Positions 20,968 to 33,012 of a DNA stretch of 64,000 bases are shown one piece after another. The notes under the pieces are model-generated. The model made no database searches and had not been told where the DNA came from. It saw only the letters and a program-made list of their open reading frames with translations. Position 1 is the first letter of the stretch. The number at the start of each line of letters is the position of its first letter. Source of the DNA: Azolla caroliniana. Taxonomy: Eukaryota > Plantae > Polypodiophyta. The position numbers were made by a program, and so were the translations under genes. The stretch covers positions 2,604,001 to 2,668,000 of the forward strand of contig JBHGNT010000013.1 of NCBI GenBank assembly GCA_043228905.1, read 5' to 3'.

Positions 20968-23900
20968 ATGGAAGGCGGCGGCAGCGGGCAGCCGGGGATG
21001 ATGGTGCTGAATGCACAGAACTACGCCGACTGGAAGATCAAGATGGAAGATCTTCTGATTGTTCGGGACCTGTACGAACCGATTGACAGGTCGGAAATAC
21101 CGAAGGGAGTACTTGAGTCGGAATGGAGGCTTCTGAACCGGAAAGCCGTTGCAACCATTCGGCAATACGTAGATGTGAGCGTTCTACAACATGTGGCGAA
21201 CGACACCAACGCATATGAGATGTGGAAGAAGCTGTCGGGCCTCTACGAGAGGAAGAATGCGTTGAACCGGACCTCCCTGATGAGGAAGATAGTGAACCTC
21301 AAGTACCGGGACGGCGAGAGTATGGTGGAACACGTAAGCACGTTCATGGGATTCGTGAACCAACTTGCGGCGATCAAGTTCCCGCTGGAGGATGCAATGC
21401 AAGCCATCATTCTGATGTGTACATTGCCGGAAAGCTGGGAGAACTTGGTGGTGACTCTCAGCACCTCCTGCACGGAAGATAACTTGTCCCTACAAACGGT
21501 AAAGACAAGTATTTTGAACGAAGAAGCGCGTCGGAGAGATAAAGAACCGGCCTCCGACTCGAAGGCGCTGCTTACCGAATCGGAACGGGGAAGACAATGG
21601 AACCGGAGTCCGCAAAGACGGGAGAAGTCGGGGACCCGGTCGCAGTCAAGAGGAAGACCCACATGCTTCCACTGTGGGAAGCCGGGGCACTTCCGAAAGA
21701 ATTGTCGGCATTACCGAAAAGACAACGGAGCCGACGACACCGATTCGAAGAGGTCACCGGAGAGAAACGGTGCATACCGGGGAGCCACGGACCGGAGAGG
21801 TTCGGATCGGCGAGGGCAGGACCGGAAAGGAACGACGGCACTCGCGGCAAGTGAGGAAGAAATCATGCTCATCACCGAAGAAGGTGAACTAAACATTGCC
21901 GACGATGAGACGACCTGGGTGGTCGATTCCGGAGCATCGTTCCACCTGACCCCGGAGAGAAGATACTTCTCATCCTACACAGCCGGTGAGCATGGCTGTG
22001 TTCGGATGGGAAATGAAGGTACGTGCCGGATTGCCGGCGTAGGAGACGTGTGGTTGACAACCCCGACCGGATGCAAAATGCTGCTGAAGGATGTCCGACA
22101 CGTTCCGGAGGTTCGATTGAACCTGATTTCGGCCGGGAGGCTAGACGATGAAGGCTACACAAGTAGCATCCGGAACGGCGTAATGAAGTTCAACAAGGGG
22201 AGCCTGATAGTGGCTCGAGCCCGGAAAGTCAACACACTGTACCTTATGAATGCCTGGTTGTGTCCGGAAGAGTTGAACGTGGCAGCCGACACTGCCGGTG
22301 AGCTGTGGCACAAGAGACTGTGCCACATGAGTGAGAAGGGGATGAAGAGGCTTGCAGAAGACAACCTTATTCCAGTGAAGCATGTGCACCTGGAGAAGTG
22401 CACCGATTGCCTGGCCGGTAAGCAGAACCGAACCTCCTTCCATTCAAGGCCACCGACGAGACGTAGCGCACCATTGGAGTTGGTGCACACTGATGTGTGT
22501 CAGGTAGAAACGAAGTCACATGGCGGAGCCCAGTACTTCGTAACATTCATTGATGATCACAGCCGGAAGCTGTGGTCGGCACCATTAAAGACAAAGGACC
22601 AAGTGTTGTGCGTCTTCAAAGAACTCCACGCGAGAGTGGAAAGGGAATCCGGCAAGAAGCTGAAAGCGATACGAGCGGATAACGGAGGGGAATACCGGGG
22701 GCAGTTCGCGGAGTACTGTCGCTCGAAGGGAATCCGGCTCGAGTTTACTGTGCCGAAGACGCCGGAACTGAACGGGCTGGCCGAGAGGATGAACCGGACC
22801 ATAATGGAGAGGGTCCGGAGTATGCTGGCGCATGCGAAATTACCCAAGGGGTTTTGGGCTGAGGCAATGTCGACGGTGACATATGTGATAAACCGATCAC
22901 CCTCAGTACCTTTGGACGGAGACACGCCGCAGAGAGTGTGGACCGGTAGGGAAGTATCTTACCGGCATCTGAAGGTGTTCGGGTGTCTCGCATACGTGCA
23001 CGTGGCAAAGGACCGGAGAGGAAAGCTAGATCCAAAGACCCGGCCATGCATATTCCTCGGTTACGGCGACGACGAGTTCGGCTACCGAGTATGGGACCTG
23101 GTCGACAAGAAGATATTCAGGAGTCGAGACATCATCTTCATGGAGGACAAGACACTCGCCGACTGGGAGTCGGAGAAGAAGATGAAGAGCTCCAAGTCGA
23201 CCGGTGAGGATCAACTCTACAAGGAGCAGTCCCGACCGGCAAGGGACCGGTTAGCACTCGAGGATCCGGCCGAAGACGGTGAAGAAACAGAACCGGCCGA
23301 AGAAGATGAAAATGATACCGGAACCGGCCCCGATCCCGAAATGGATTCGGATGAAGAAGAATCGGAAGAACCGGTTACCGAAGCCCCGGAACGGAGATAT
23401 CCTCTAAGAGAGAGAAGGGCCCCCCGGAGATTTCCGGAACCAGAGCACGTGCTGCTAACCGACGAGGGGGAGCCGGAGAGCTTTGAAGAAGCAAAGCATG
23501 ACACCCAGAGCCGCAGGTGGTTGAGTGCCATGCAGGACGAGATGGATTCCCTGCATGAGAACCACACATATGAACTTGTGGAGTTGCCGAAAGGAAAGCG
23601 GGCACTTCGAAACAAGTGGGTGTTCAAGCTGAAACCGGGAGATGCCGGAAACCCCCCGAGATACAAAGCCAGGATCGTGGTGAAGGGGTTTCAGCAGAAG
23701 AAGGGCGTCGACTTCGACGAAATATTTGCCCCGGTAGTGAAGATGACCTCCATCCGGACGGTGCTGAGCATAGCGGCAAGCATGGACCTCGAGGTAGAAC
23801 AGATGGACGTGAAGACGGCATTCCTTCACGGCGACCTCGAAGAAGAGATCTACATGCAGCAACCGGAAGGATTCGAGAAGAAAGGGAAGGAGCACCTGGT

Positions 23901-25041
23901 ATGCCGGTTGAAGAAGAGCCTTTACGGACTGAAGCAGGCCCCCCGGCAATGGTACCGGAAGTTCGACTCCTTCATGACCGACGAAGGGTACCTCAAAACG
24001 CAGTCCGACCACTGCATGTTTGTGAAGAAGTTCGAAGGAGGAGACTCTCTAATACTCCTCCTGTACGTGGACGACATGTTGATCGTCGAACGGGACCAGG
24101 TCAAGATACGGATGCTGAAGAAGGCTCTTCACCGAACCTTCTCAATGAATGACTTGGGTCCGGCGAGACAAATACTAGGGATGCACATCATTCGGGACCG
24201 GAGCAAGAAGCAGTTGTGGCTGTCACAGGAGAAGTACGTGACAAAGGTGCTTAAACGGTTCAACATGTCGGAAGCAAGACCGGTCGGATCGACCCTCCCG
24301 GCAAACTGCAAGCTGTCCAGCAAGCAAAGCCCCAAGACAAAGGCTGAGAAGGAGGACATGATGAAAGTGCCATATGTCTCTGCCGTCGGAAGCTTGATGT
24401 ACGCAATGGTGTGTACAAGACCGGACATTGGATACGCAGCCGGAGTGGTGAGTCGGTACATGAGCAATCCCGGCAAAGAGCACTGGAACGCGGTCAAGTG
24501 GATACTCCGATACCTGAAGGGCACGGCAAACGTGTGCCTCCGATTCGGCTCCGGTAAGCCCGAACTCGACGGCTTCACCGATTCGGATATGTCGGCTGAT
24601 GCAGATACCAGCCGGTCCACATCAGGGTATGTGATGACGTATGCAGGAGGAGCTGTTTCATGGCAGTCGAGGCTGCAGAAGACGGTTGCGTTGTCAACCA
24701 CGGAGGCGGAGTACATGGCGGCTGTTGAAGCCGGCAAGGAAATAATATGGATGAAGGACTTCATTAGAGAGCTCGGTATCCGGCAGGAGGAGTACCGACT
24801 CTACTGCGACAGTCAGAGTGCAATCCACCTTGCGAAGAACGCGGCCTATCACTCCAGGACGAAGCACATCCAGCGAAGATATCACTGGATCCGGGAAAGG
24901 ATAGAAGACAAGGAGTTCGTGCTGACGAAGATCCACACGGACGAGAACGGGTCGGATATGCTGACCAAGGTGCTCACACCCGACAAGCTGGAAGCATGCC
25001 GGAAGAGGATCGGATTGGAGAGACATCCCATGCCGAAGTGA
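20968..25041 (+). CDS. Copia Gag-Pol polyprotein (gag, CCHC, PR, GAG-pre-integrase, IN, RT, RNase H)
   Basis: CFHCGKPGHFRKNC, WVVDSGASFH, LWHKRLCH, ADNGGEY, MDVKTAFLHG, LLYVDDML, CDSQSAIHLA, RTKHI. Confidence 0.97.
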   Translation: MEGGGSGQPGMMVLNAQNYADWKIKMEDLLIVRDLYEPIDRSEIPKGVLESEWRLLNRKAVATIRQYVDVSVLQHVANDTNAYEMWKKLSGLYERKNALNRTSLMRKIVNLKYRDGESMVEHVSTFMGFVNQLAAIKFPLEDAMQAIILMCTLPESWENLVVTLSTSCTEDNLSLQTVKTSILNEEARRRDKEPASDSKALLTESERGRQWNRSPQRREKSGTRSQSRGRPTCFHCGKPGHFRKNCRHYRKDNGADDTDSKRSPERNGAYRGATDRRGSDRRGQDRKGTTALAASEEEIMLITEEGELNIADDETTWVVDSGASFHLTPERRYFSSYTAGEHGCVRMGNEGTCRIAGVGDVWLTTPTGCKMLLKDVRHVPEVRLNLISAGRLDDEGYTSSIRNGVMKFNKGSLIVARARKVNTLYLMNAWLCPEELNVAADTAGELWHKRLCHMSEKGMKRLAEDNLIPVKHVHLEKCTDCLAGKQNRTSFHSRPPTRRSAPLELVHTDVCQVETKSHGGAQYFVTFIDDHSRKLWSAPLKTKDQVLCVFKELHARVERESGKKLKAIRADNGGEYRGQFAEYCRSKGIRLEFTVPKTPELNGLAERMNRTIMERVRSMLAHAKLPKGFWAEAMSTVTYVINRSPSVPLDGDTPQRVWTGREVSYRHLKVFGCLAYVHVAKDRRGKLDPKTRPCIFLGYGDDEFGYRVWDLVDKKIFRSRDIIFMEDKTLADWESEKKMKSSKSTGEDQLYKEQSRPARDRLALEDPAEDGEETEPAEEDENDTGTGPDPEMDSDEEESEEPVTEAPERRYPLRERRAPRRFPEPEHVLLTDEGEPESFEEAKHDTQSRRWLSAMQDEMDSLHENHTYELVELPKGKRALRNKWVFKLKPGDAGNPPRYKARIVVKGFQQKKGVDFDEIFAPVVKMTSIRTVLSIAASMDLEVEQMDVKTAFLHGDLEEEIYMQQPEGFEKKGKEHLVCRLKKSLYGLKQAPRQWYRKFDSFMTDEGYLKTQSDHCMFVKKFEGGDSLILLLYVDDMLIVERDQVKIRMLKKALHRTFSMNDLGPARQILGMHIIRDRSKKQLWLSQEKYVTKVLKRFNMSEARPVGSTLPANCKLSSKQSPKTKAEKEDMMKVPYVSAVGSLMYAMVCTRPDIGYAAGVVSRYMSNPGKEHWNAVKWILRYLKGTANVCLRFGSGKPELDGFTDSDMSADADTSRSTSGYVMTYAGGAVSWQSRLQKTVALSTTEAEYMAAVEAGKEIIWMKDFIRELGIRQEEYRLYCDSQSAIHLAKNAAYHSRTKHIQRRYHWIRERIEDKEFVLTKIHTDENGSDMLTKVLTPDKLEACRKRIGLERHPMPK

Positions 25042-26475
25042 AGGGGGAGTTTGTTGGGATTTCGGTCCCTTCGGATGGGATGGTCGGATGTTGGAGACGA
25101 ATGCCGACAAGCCCGGTTGCGGTTTCGGAACCGGATGATGAAGACCCCGGTTTCGGAACCGGATGATGAAGACCCCGGTTTCGGAGCCGGATGACGAATG
25201 TACTCGGAGAGAGATCCGGATGCGGGGACATATCTGAGAATATGTTTGCCAAGGGCCCTTGAGGCTATAGTTGTAAATAGCCCCAAAGTCATATGAGTAT
25301 AAATATGACTTAGGGCAAACAGTTTTACTGTCGCTACTCATTTTTCTGTTTTTCCACTCAAGAGGAGTGAAGAGAGAGCAGCCGTGAGAGAGAGAGATAG
25401 AGCATGAGAGAGGAAGAGATCGAAGCCTCTGTGTAATACCACCGCCTGTGGCGAGGACAGCGAGCTCAAGGTCGTCGCCTTGCAGCTCGCCATTTGTATA
25501 CTTCTCTGTGCATAGTTTTGGTTTGGAGTCTTGTACTCCCGTGGTTTTTCCCGTCTAGGGTTTTCCACGTTAATCCCTGTGTAATCGTGTCCTTTCTCTG
25601 TGGTTCCTATTTTCTGCTGCATTGATTCGCGCTTACTCGGTTGTGGCCGAGTGGTGAAGGTTAATCGGAGCATCGATTGCTTTACAATTTACATAGAAAT
25701 CGAGCTATTGACCTCATACGCAAACATAACATATGTATGTGAACGTAATACGCAATTGAGGTATTGATCTCGTACGCATACGACACAAATCACATTATCA
25801 CATATAAAATATATGTCAAATAAGGTATTGACCTCATACACATATGTAAATGTTTTATACAACCAACTAATTATCACTACAACATCATTGAATCAATGAA
25901 AAACAACACATATTGACTATACATGATTAGATTGGGAGAAGAAAAAATAAGGGGAAAAAATAAGGAAAAATTACCGAAGTTCTTTTGTTGATTGTTATCT
26001 AGATCAAGGTTGACCACACATCAATCAATCACCATCAATCAAGAAGAAAACAAAAACCAGCAAAAGAAACATTACAAGAAAGGTGAGAGAGAAAGAAGGT
26101 TGTCAATCCACCCGACCACCCCCGAGCGAAGGGATCGAGATGGACTCGAGCCTCAATCGGCGTCCCATACCACCATCGTGGCGTAGAGTCATACCTAGTG
26201 TTGGCGCACTCGCTACAAGAGTTGACCCACCACAACGTTAGAGTCTCGACGTAGTCAAAAGATCATGAAATGAGGGTAGCTAGGCCTCATATTTATAGCG
26301 ATACCCAAGGCCCCTAGGCAAGTTCACACTTGGCCTAATGGGTTGTCTTAATCCCGAGGATTAAAAGTAATCCTCCCCTTCTTTACACTCTCGTTTAACC
26401 CTCACACTTATCCACGTGTATAGAATACTATGGTAAATTCTCACCACAGGATATTATATGGTCATGCCCGTAACA

Positions 26476-29400
26476 AACACCCAGTGACCGGCCTGCGTTT
26501 TTTGGTACCCATTGTCGGTCATGAAGGAGTCGAACTTCTGGTACCATTGTCGGGGAGCTTGGTTCAGTCTGTATAAGCTCTTCTTTAACCGGCATACCAG
26601 GTGCTCCTTCCCTTTTCTGACGAATCCTTCCGTTTGTTGCATGTAGATCTCTTCTTTGAGGTCGCCATGTAGGAACATCGTCTTGACGTTTACTTGCTCT
26701 ACCTCAAGGTCATGTTTGCCATTATGCTCAACACCGTCTGGATGGATGTTATCTTCACTACTGGGGCAAAGATCTCATCAAAATCCACTCCTTTCTTCTA
26801 CTGGAAGCCCTTCACCAGAATGTGGGCCTTATACCCTAGTGGATTTCCGGAGTCCCCCGGTTTCAACTTGTACACCCACTTGTTCCGGAGTGCCCTCCTT
26901 CCTTTCAACAATTCCGTCAACTCATATGTATGGTTCTCATGCAGGGAATCCATCTCATCCTACATGGCACTCAACCACTTGCAGTTGTGGGTGTCTTTCT
27001 TTGCTTCGTCGAAACTTTCCGGCTCCCCCTCATCGGTCAGCAACACATGCTCTACATCCAGAAATCTCCGGGGGGCTCTTCTCTCTCTGAGAAGATATCT
27101 TCTTCCTTGGTTCTCGGCTACCGGTTCCTCTGTTTGTTCTTCATCATAATCCAATTTGGGGTCTTTTCCGGTTCCAGTATCCAGATCTTCTTCTTCGATT
27201 GGTTTGGTCTCTTGTTCGACTCCGGCCGGTTCTTCAAGTGTTATCTGGCTTCCGGCCAAATGGGTCCCATCGGTTGATCCGGAGTCTACAATCTTCTTCT
27301 TCGACTCCCATTCGGCATTACTCTTGTCTTCCATGAAGATTATGTCTCGACTCCGGAACACCTTCTTGTCGACCAAATCCCACACTCGATATCCAAACTC
27401 ATCATCACCATATCCAAGGAATATGCATGGCCAGGACTTCGGGTCCAGTTTCACTCTCTTGTCCTTTGCTACATGCACGTAGGCGAGACAGTCGAACGCC
27501 ATTAGATGCCGATAAGACACATCTTTACCAGTCCATATCTTTTGTGGTGAGTCTCCTTCCAAGGGTGTTGAGGGTGATCTGTTTATGACATAGGTCACTG
27601 TCATCAGCGCCTCATCCCAGAACGTGTTGGGTAACTTTGCATGTGCTAGCATACTCCAGACTCTCTCCATTACAATCTGATTCATCCTCTCAGCCAATCC
27701 GTTTAGCTTCGGTGTCTTTGGCACAGTAAATTCGAGTTGGATTCCCTTCGACCGGTAGTACTCCTCGAACTACCCCCAGTATTCTCCTCCGTTGTCTGCC
27801 TGAACCGCCTTCAGCTTCTAGTCGGTTTCCCTTTCCACTCTCGTGTGGAAGTCCTTGAAGAGGGACAACACCTGATCCTTCGTCTTCAGTGGTGAGACCC
27901 ACAGTTTCCGACTATGGTCGTCTATGAACATCACGAAGTACTGCAATCCAGCATGTGACTTCGTGTACACTTGGCATACATCAGTATGCACAAGTTCTAC
28001 CAGTGCATTCCGTTTCAACGGTGGTCTTGTCCGGAAAGAGGTTTGGTTTTGCTTGCCGGCCAAGCAATCACTGCACTTCTCAAGATGCATGTCTTTCACC
28101 TCCGGAATGAGGTTGTCCTCGGCAAGCTTTTGCATCCCCATCTGGCTCATATGGCACAACCTCTTGTGCCACAGTTCTCCGACAGTGTCTGCTGCCATAT
28201 TTGTTTCCCCCTGGCATAATCGAGCATGCATCACATATAGTGTGTTGGTTTTCCGTGTGCGAGCCACAATCAGGCTCCCCTTGTAGAACTTCATGACACC
28301 GTTCCAAATGCTACCCATGTAGCCTTCATCATCCAGTCGACCGGCTGATATCAGGTTCAATTGAACCTCCGGAACATGTCAAACATCTCTCAACACAAAT
28401 CTGTAGCTAGTTGACGTCACCAAACACACGTTTCCAATGCTCACGATTCGGCATGCTCCTTCATTTCCCATCTTTACAGATCCGAGATCTCCGGCTCTGT
28501 AAGATGAGAAGCATTTCCGATCGGGAGTTAGGTGAAACGACGCACCCGAATCGACCACCCATGCCGATTCATCTCCGACAAGGTTTGCTTCATTTTGCTC
28601 GCTAATGAGCAGCAACTCCTCTTCACTTGTCGCGATCACCAAGGTGTTCTTGCTTTCCGAAATCCTTTTCGGTTGCACACCTTTGGCTTCCCCTTTTTCC
28701 TTTCAGAAATGGCGGCAATTCTTCTGGAAGTGCCCCGGCTTCCCACAATAGAAGCATGTGGGCCTCCCTCTCAACTTCAACCTGGTCCCCGACTTATCTC
28801 GGTTCTGGGGACTTCGATTTCAGCCTCTTCCCCGAATCGTGCCACCTTCCGTGACTAAGGCCTTTTGGTCAATATTGAACTCTCGGTCCTTCCGACGAGC
28901 TTCTTCATTCAGCAAGCTCGACTTCACCTGCTCTAGGGATAGGTGTTTCCCTTCCGGTCCCGCATTGCCCAATGTGACAACCAGCATTTCCCAACTGTCA
29001 GGAAGGGATCCCAAGAACAATAGTGTTAATACCTCATCGGCCAGAGGTACTTCTAGAGAGGTGGTTTGGTTCATTAGTCCTTGGAAGGCTTTGATGTGCT
29101 CCATCATGCTGGAGCCATCCTGATACCGAAGTCTCACGATTTCCAAAATACTGAGACTCTATTCACGATGTTCTTGTTTTCCAACATCACGTCAATCTTC
29201 TTCCAGAGGGCATCGGCTTCTGTTTCTTCACCAAAATTATTGTATAGACTCATGTCTATAAAACACCTTATATATCCGGCCGCCTTCAGATGCAATACTT
29301 CCCAAGTCACTAAATCAATCTTGTCTGGTATTTTATCTCCGAACTGCATCGGCAACTAGAGATCTTTGCACAAGAGCACGTCTCTCATCTTCAACTTCCA

Positions 29401-29984
29401 CATTGAGTAGTTGGAGCCGGTTAGCTTAAACATGCCACCGAACGAGCCTTCCATCGCTCTGATACCACTTGTTGCGCTCGTGACCGGCCACAGCCGGTTA
29501 CCGTTCGTATATTCGTGTGCAAAAAATAATGCTCAGACAGAAAACTGAAAAACAGAATAGCTAAAAACAGAAACACACAAATTTTACCGTGGAAACCCGA
29601 ACTGGGAAAAAACCACGTGGAGTCCACTTGCTCCGAAAACAAATCACTATGATGATGAGGGGGTACAACAAGAAACTCAGAGGAAACGACCTCAAGTTCT
29701 TCTTCGTCAACAAACGGCTATGGAGTTGCACTTACTCACACTCTCTCTCTCACACATGTTCTCTCAGTTACGGAGACCACAACCCCATTCTAACTATCTC
29801 ACGATAATGATACATATAATGATTGCCCTAGATGTTTATATACTAGTACAACTTTCAGACTATTTGCAAATATAGCCCACAGAGGCTTATTTTGACTATT
29901 TACATATCTAGTCTCCCGAGTTGGTTGTCTACACGATTTCGGTTTCGGTATCTCTTCCCATCCGGAGGGACCTATTTCCCAACA
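26476..29984 (-). mobile_element. Degenerate Tnt1-like copia, 5' part (5' LTR 29470-29984, PBS 29456-29467, gag ATG 29454), truncated in RT by the insertion ending at 26475
   Basis: Fragmented gag/PR/IN/RT ORFs highly similar to 20968-25041; PBS GCTCTGATACCA on the plus strand. Confidence 0.92.
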
Positions 29985-31728
29985 TACACCATAGAATATT
30001 TCTAGAATACACTAAAGGCTCTAGAATATTTTGGAATGTATATATGATAGAATATACGATACTCTATTATAAATACATGCTCGTATCCAGATGGTTGAGT
30101 ATGAAGTCTTGTAGATGTGAAGATGCAGGTTCAATCATCACTAACTACATATTTGACGTCAATGTGTCGTGACATTATCCTCCTCTTTACGGTCGTCGCT
30201 TCAAAAGCGTGGTGTAGGGGTGGACGGGAATTGGAGCACTAACAGGCGTGAGGAACCATATGTTCTCCTCACCAGAGACTAGAACACCAACGGACGTGAG
30301 CGTGGTGTAGGGAGGGACGGGAATTGGAGCACTCACAGGCGTGAGGAACCATATGTTCTCCTCACCAGAGACTAGAACACCAACGGACGTGAGCGTGGTG
30401 TAGGGAGGGACGGGAATTGGAGCACTCACAGGCATGAGGAACCATATGTTCTCCTCACTAGAGACTAGAACACCAACGGACGTGAGTGTGGTGTAGGGGT
30501 GGACGGGAATTGGAGCACTGAAGGGCGTGAGAGACCATATGTTCTCCTCACCTCCAAGACAAGAACACCATGTACGGTCCTCGTCGAAGATTAGAACCCC
30601 GGCAGGTGTGAGCAACCATGCATGGACCTTCATTGGAAACTAGAACATCGAAAGACGTTTAGAATGGGAGTGTGAGTGGCCATGTGGTTCACACCAGGAA
30701 TTGGAATACGAACATGAGTGAGTGACCATCTTGTCCTCACCGAAAACTAGAACACAAATGGGAGTGAGCGACCATTCGGTCCTTATCGAGAATTGGAACA
30801 CGAACATGTGTGAGCGACCATGCGGCCCTCACTGGGAACTGGAACATGAACGGGCGTGAGCGACCATGTGTGGCCCTCACCAGGAATTGGAACGTGAACG
30901 TGGGTGAGGGCCGCATGGTCGCTCACCCCCGTTTGTGTTCCTGTTCCAGGTGAGGGCCGCACATGGTCGTTCACGTCGTTTGGTGTTCCACTTCCCAGTG
31001 AGGATTGTACATGGTTGCTCACGTCCATTGGTGTTCTTGTCTACGGTGAGGACTGCACATGGTAGCTCACCCTCATTCACGTTCTAATTCTCAGTGAGGG
31101 CCACACATGGTCGCTCATGCCCGTTCGTGTTCTAGTTCCCAGTGAGCGACCATGTTCTAGTCTCCGGTGAGGAGAATATATGGTTCCTCACGCCCGTCAG
31201 TGCTCCAATTCCCGTCCACCCCTACACCACGCTTTCGAAACGATGGTCGTAAAGGGGAGGATAATGTCACAACACAATGACGTCAAATACTTAATTAGTG
31301 AGGATTGAACTCGCAACCTCACATCTACAAGACGTCATGCTCAACCATCTAGATATGAGCATGTATATGTACATGATAGAGTATTGTATATTCTAGCATA
31401 TATACATTCCAAAATATTCTAGAGCTTTTAGTGTATTCTAGAAATATTCTATGTTGTATTCTAAACGGGTATATTCTAGAGATATTTGTTAGGTATATTC
31501 TAGAGATACTAAATCTCAGAACTTGTATAAATACTTGTAACCTCCTTGGTCTCTTTCCAGGGATTCAACACTAGTCATTGACACATCAATCTAGTATTCT
31601 CGTTTCATTCCATCTTTGCTCCTTCATCTCTGTCTTCATGTTTATGTGTCATTCCAAGCTTCGTAAGTTCCACTCGTAGCCCCATCAGTCGTGTTCCATC
31701 TGAGCCTGCAGTTGGTGTGTCCGTGACA
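29985..31728. mobile_element. Non-autonomous chromovirus-type LTR structure with inverted arms: LTR fragment (-) 29985-30174, internal repeats, LTR (+) 31265-31728
   Basis: 29985-30290 is the reverse complement of ~31155-31460; each arm has PPT AAAG(G/A)GGAGGATAA then TGTCAC; right LTR ends GTGACA. Confidence 0.8.
30207..31160. repeat. 93-bp tandem repeat (~3.7 copies) followed by ~60-bp repeats that reverse orientation near 30915
   Basis: Repeats appear as LTPVSAPIPVPPYTTLTSVGVLVSGEENIWF in ORF 30187-30633; units contain GTGAG..CCATG..CTCAC. Confidence 0.85.
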
Positions 31729-33012
31729 GGATTGGCCAATCAAACCGAAGTCAAAGGCTACACCGACTCTGACTATGTTGGTAATGTAGACAATCGGAAG
31801 TCAACATTAGACTACATATTCACCTATGGCGGCAGCGCCATATCATGGAGGTCAAAATTGCAAGAGTTCACGGCCTTGTCAACCATTGAGGCCAAGTACA
31901 TTGCTGCATCAGAAGTAGCTAAGGAAGCGACCTGGCTGCACCGACTATCAACTAAATCAACCATCCAGCACCGACCATCTATTGCGACTCACAAAGCGCA
32001 ATACACCTTATTAGGAATCCTATCTACCATGCGAAGCCAAAACATATTGAGGTGCGGTTTCATCACATCCGGGAGCTCGTAATGGAGAAGAAGCTTGAAG
32101 TCCGGAATATCAACACCAAGGTGAACATCGTCGATTGCCTAACGAAGCCACTCCCAGATCAACACTTCGGAGCACTGAGGACAATGATAGGACTACGAAA
32201 CGTGATCGAGCAGAAGACAGCCAAACAAATAGTAGCAGATGGAAAGTTGAAGACCGATCCAATAAGACAAACTGAAAATACTAAATCTAGAGAATCAAAA
32301 AACTGAGAGGCTAAAGATGCAGCACTGAGCGAGGATACCGACTAGAGAGGAGACGATAGAGGGATGAACGAACCTCAAGACAGATCAAAGATCCAACGAG
32401 GAGCACAGGAGCAAGCACAAGCAAGAAGTAAACGATCGACCAAAGGCCGAGAGTCGAAATCAGATACGAGTCGATCCAAACAAACAAGCCAATTTAGACG
32501 AAATTCGATCTAAACCAATCGATCCGACCGACTCAAACAAGCCGACCCGAACAACATATGATCCAGATAACTAGCCTAATTAGGCTAGAGCCTTACTTTA
32601 CCTCCACAAATTCGGTCGAATGCCGACAGACTTGTATGTATACACTTGTAACTATAGATTAGATTCATAATCTAAGTTCATGGGGGAGATAACCCCAATT
32701 ACTTGTATACGTAGGAAGAGTAGCCCTTTTATGGGGGAGTTTGTTGGCATAAAAGACTGACTCCTTCCACTTTGTATCCTTAGTCTAATGTGTGAACACG
32801 TTCACGAGTTAGGGCTTGAGTATATAAGCCCAATTGTATCATTGAAAAGAAAAGAGAGTTACAAAAGAGATTAATAGAGCATTCATTAGAGCTTAACCTT
32901 GTCTACCTAACTTCTTGTCTTCTTACATATTCATATTGTCTATGTTGTTTGCTTGACACTACCTTGCATGTCCTCATATCCCTTCACATATCATATTGCC
33001 ACATATTCAACA
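31729..33012 (+). mobile_element. 3' end of a decayed copia: RNase H, long 3' region, PPT, 3' LTR 32742-33012
   Basis: KGYTDSDY...RKST, ISWRSKLQ..TALST.EA.Y, IVDCLTKPL; ATGGGGGAG then TGTTG...CAACA. Confidence 0.85.

Larger units (their letters stand above)
20304..25686 (+). mobile_element. Intact Ty1/copia element (Tnt1/Tork-like)
   Basis: 635-bp LTRs 20304-20938 and 25052-25686 (about 8 substitutions by eye); TSD ATTTA; PBS TGGTATCAGAGC; PPT AAGGGGGAG; single uninterrupted ORF. Confidence 0.98.
6397..26475 (-). mobile_element. Decayed Ty3/gypsy element (host of five nested insertions); probable 5' terminus TGTTACGGGC at 26475
   Basis: Collinear minus-strand pieces: gag (~17290-19000), protease (16667-17272), RT (14959-15574, 8993-9168), RNase H/integrase (6397-7296); frames rejoin when insertions and TSDs are removed; linking the 26475 end to this element is inference. 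Confidence 0.75.

Noticed and set aside
20947-25341. Many antisense and alternate-frame ORFs over the copia polyprotein
   Set aside because: Shadow ORFs of GC-rich coding sequence with no motifs
30207-31160. CRISPR-like array or repeat-protein CDS (30187-30633)
   Set aside because: Eukaryotic context, no unique spacers and no cas genes; the ORF is a by-product of a 93-bp (multiple of 3) tandem repeat
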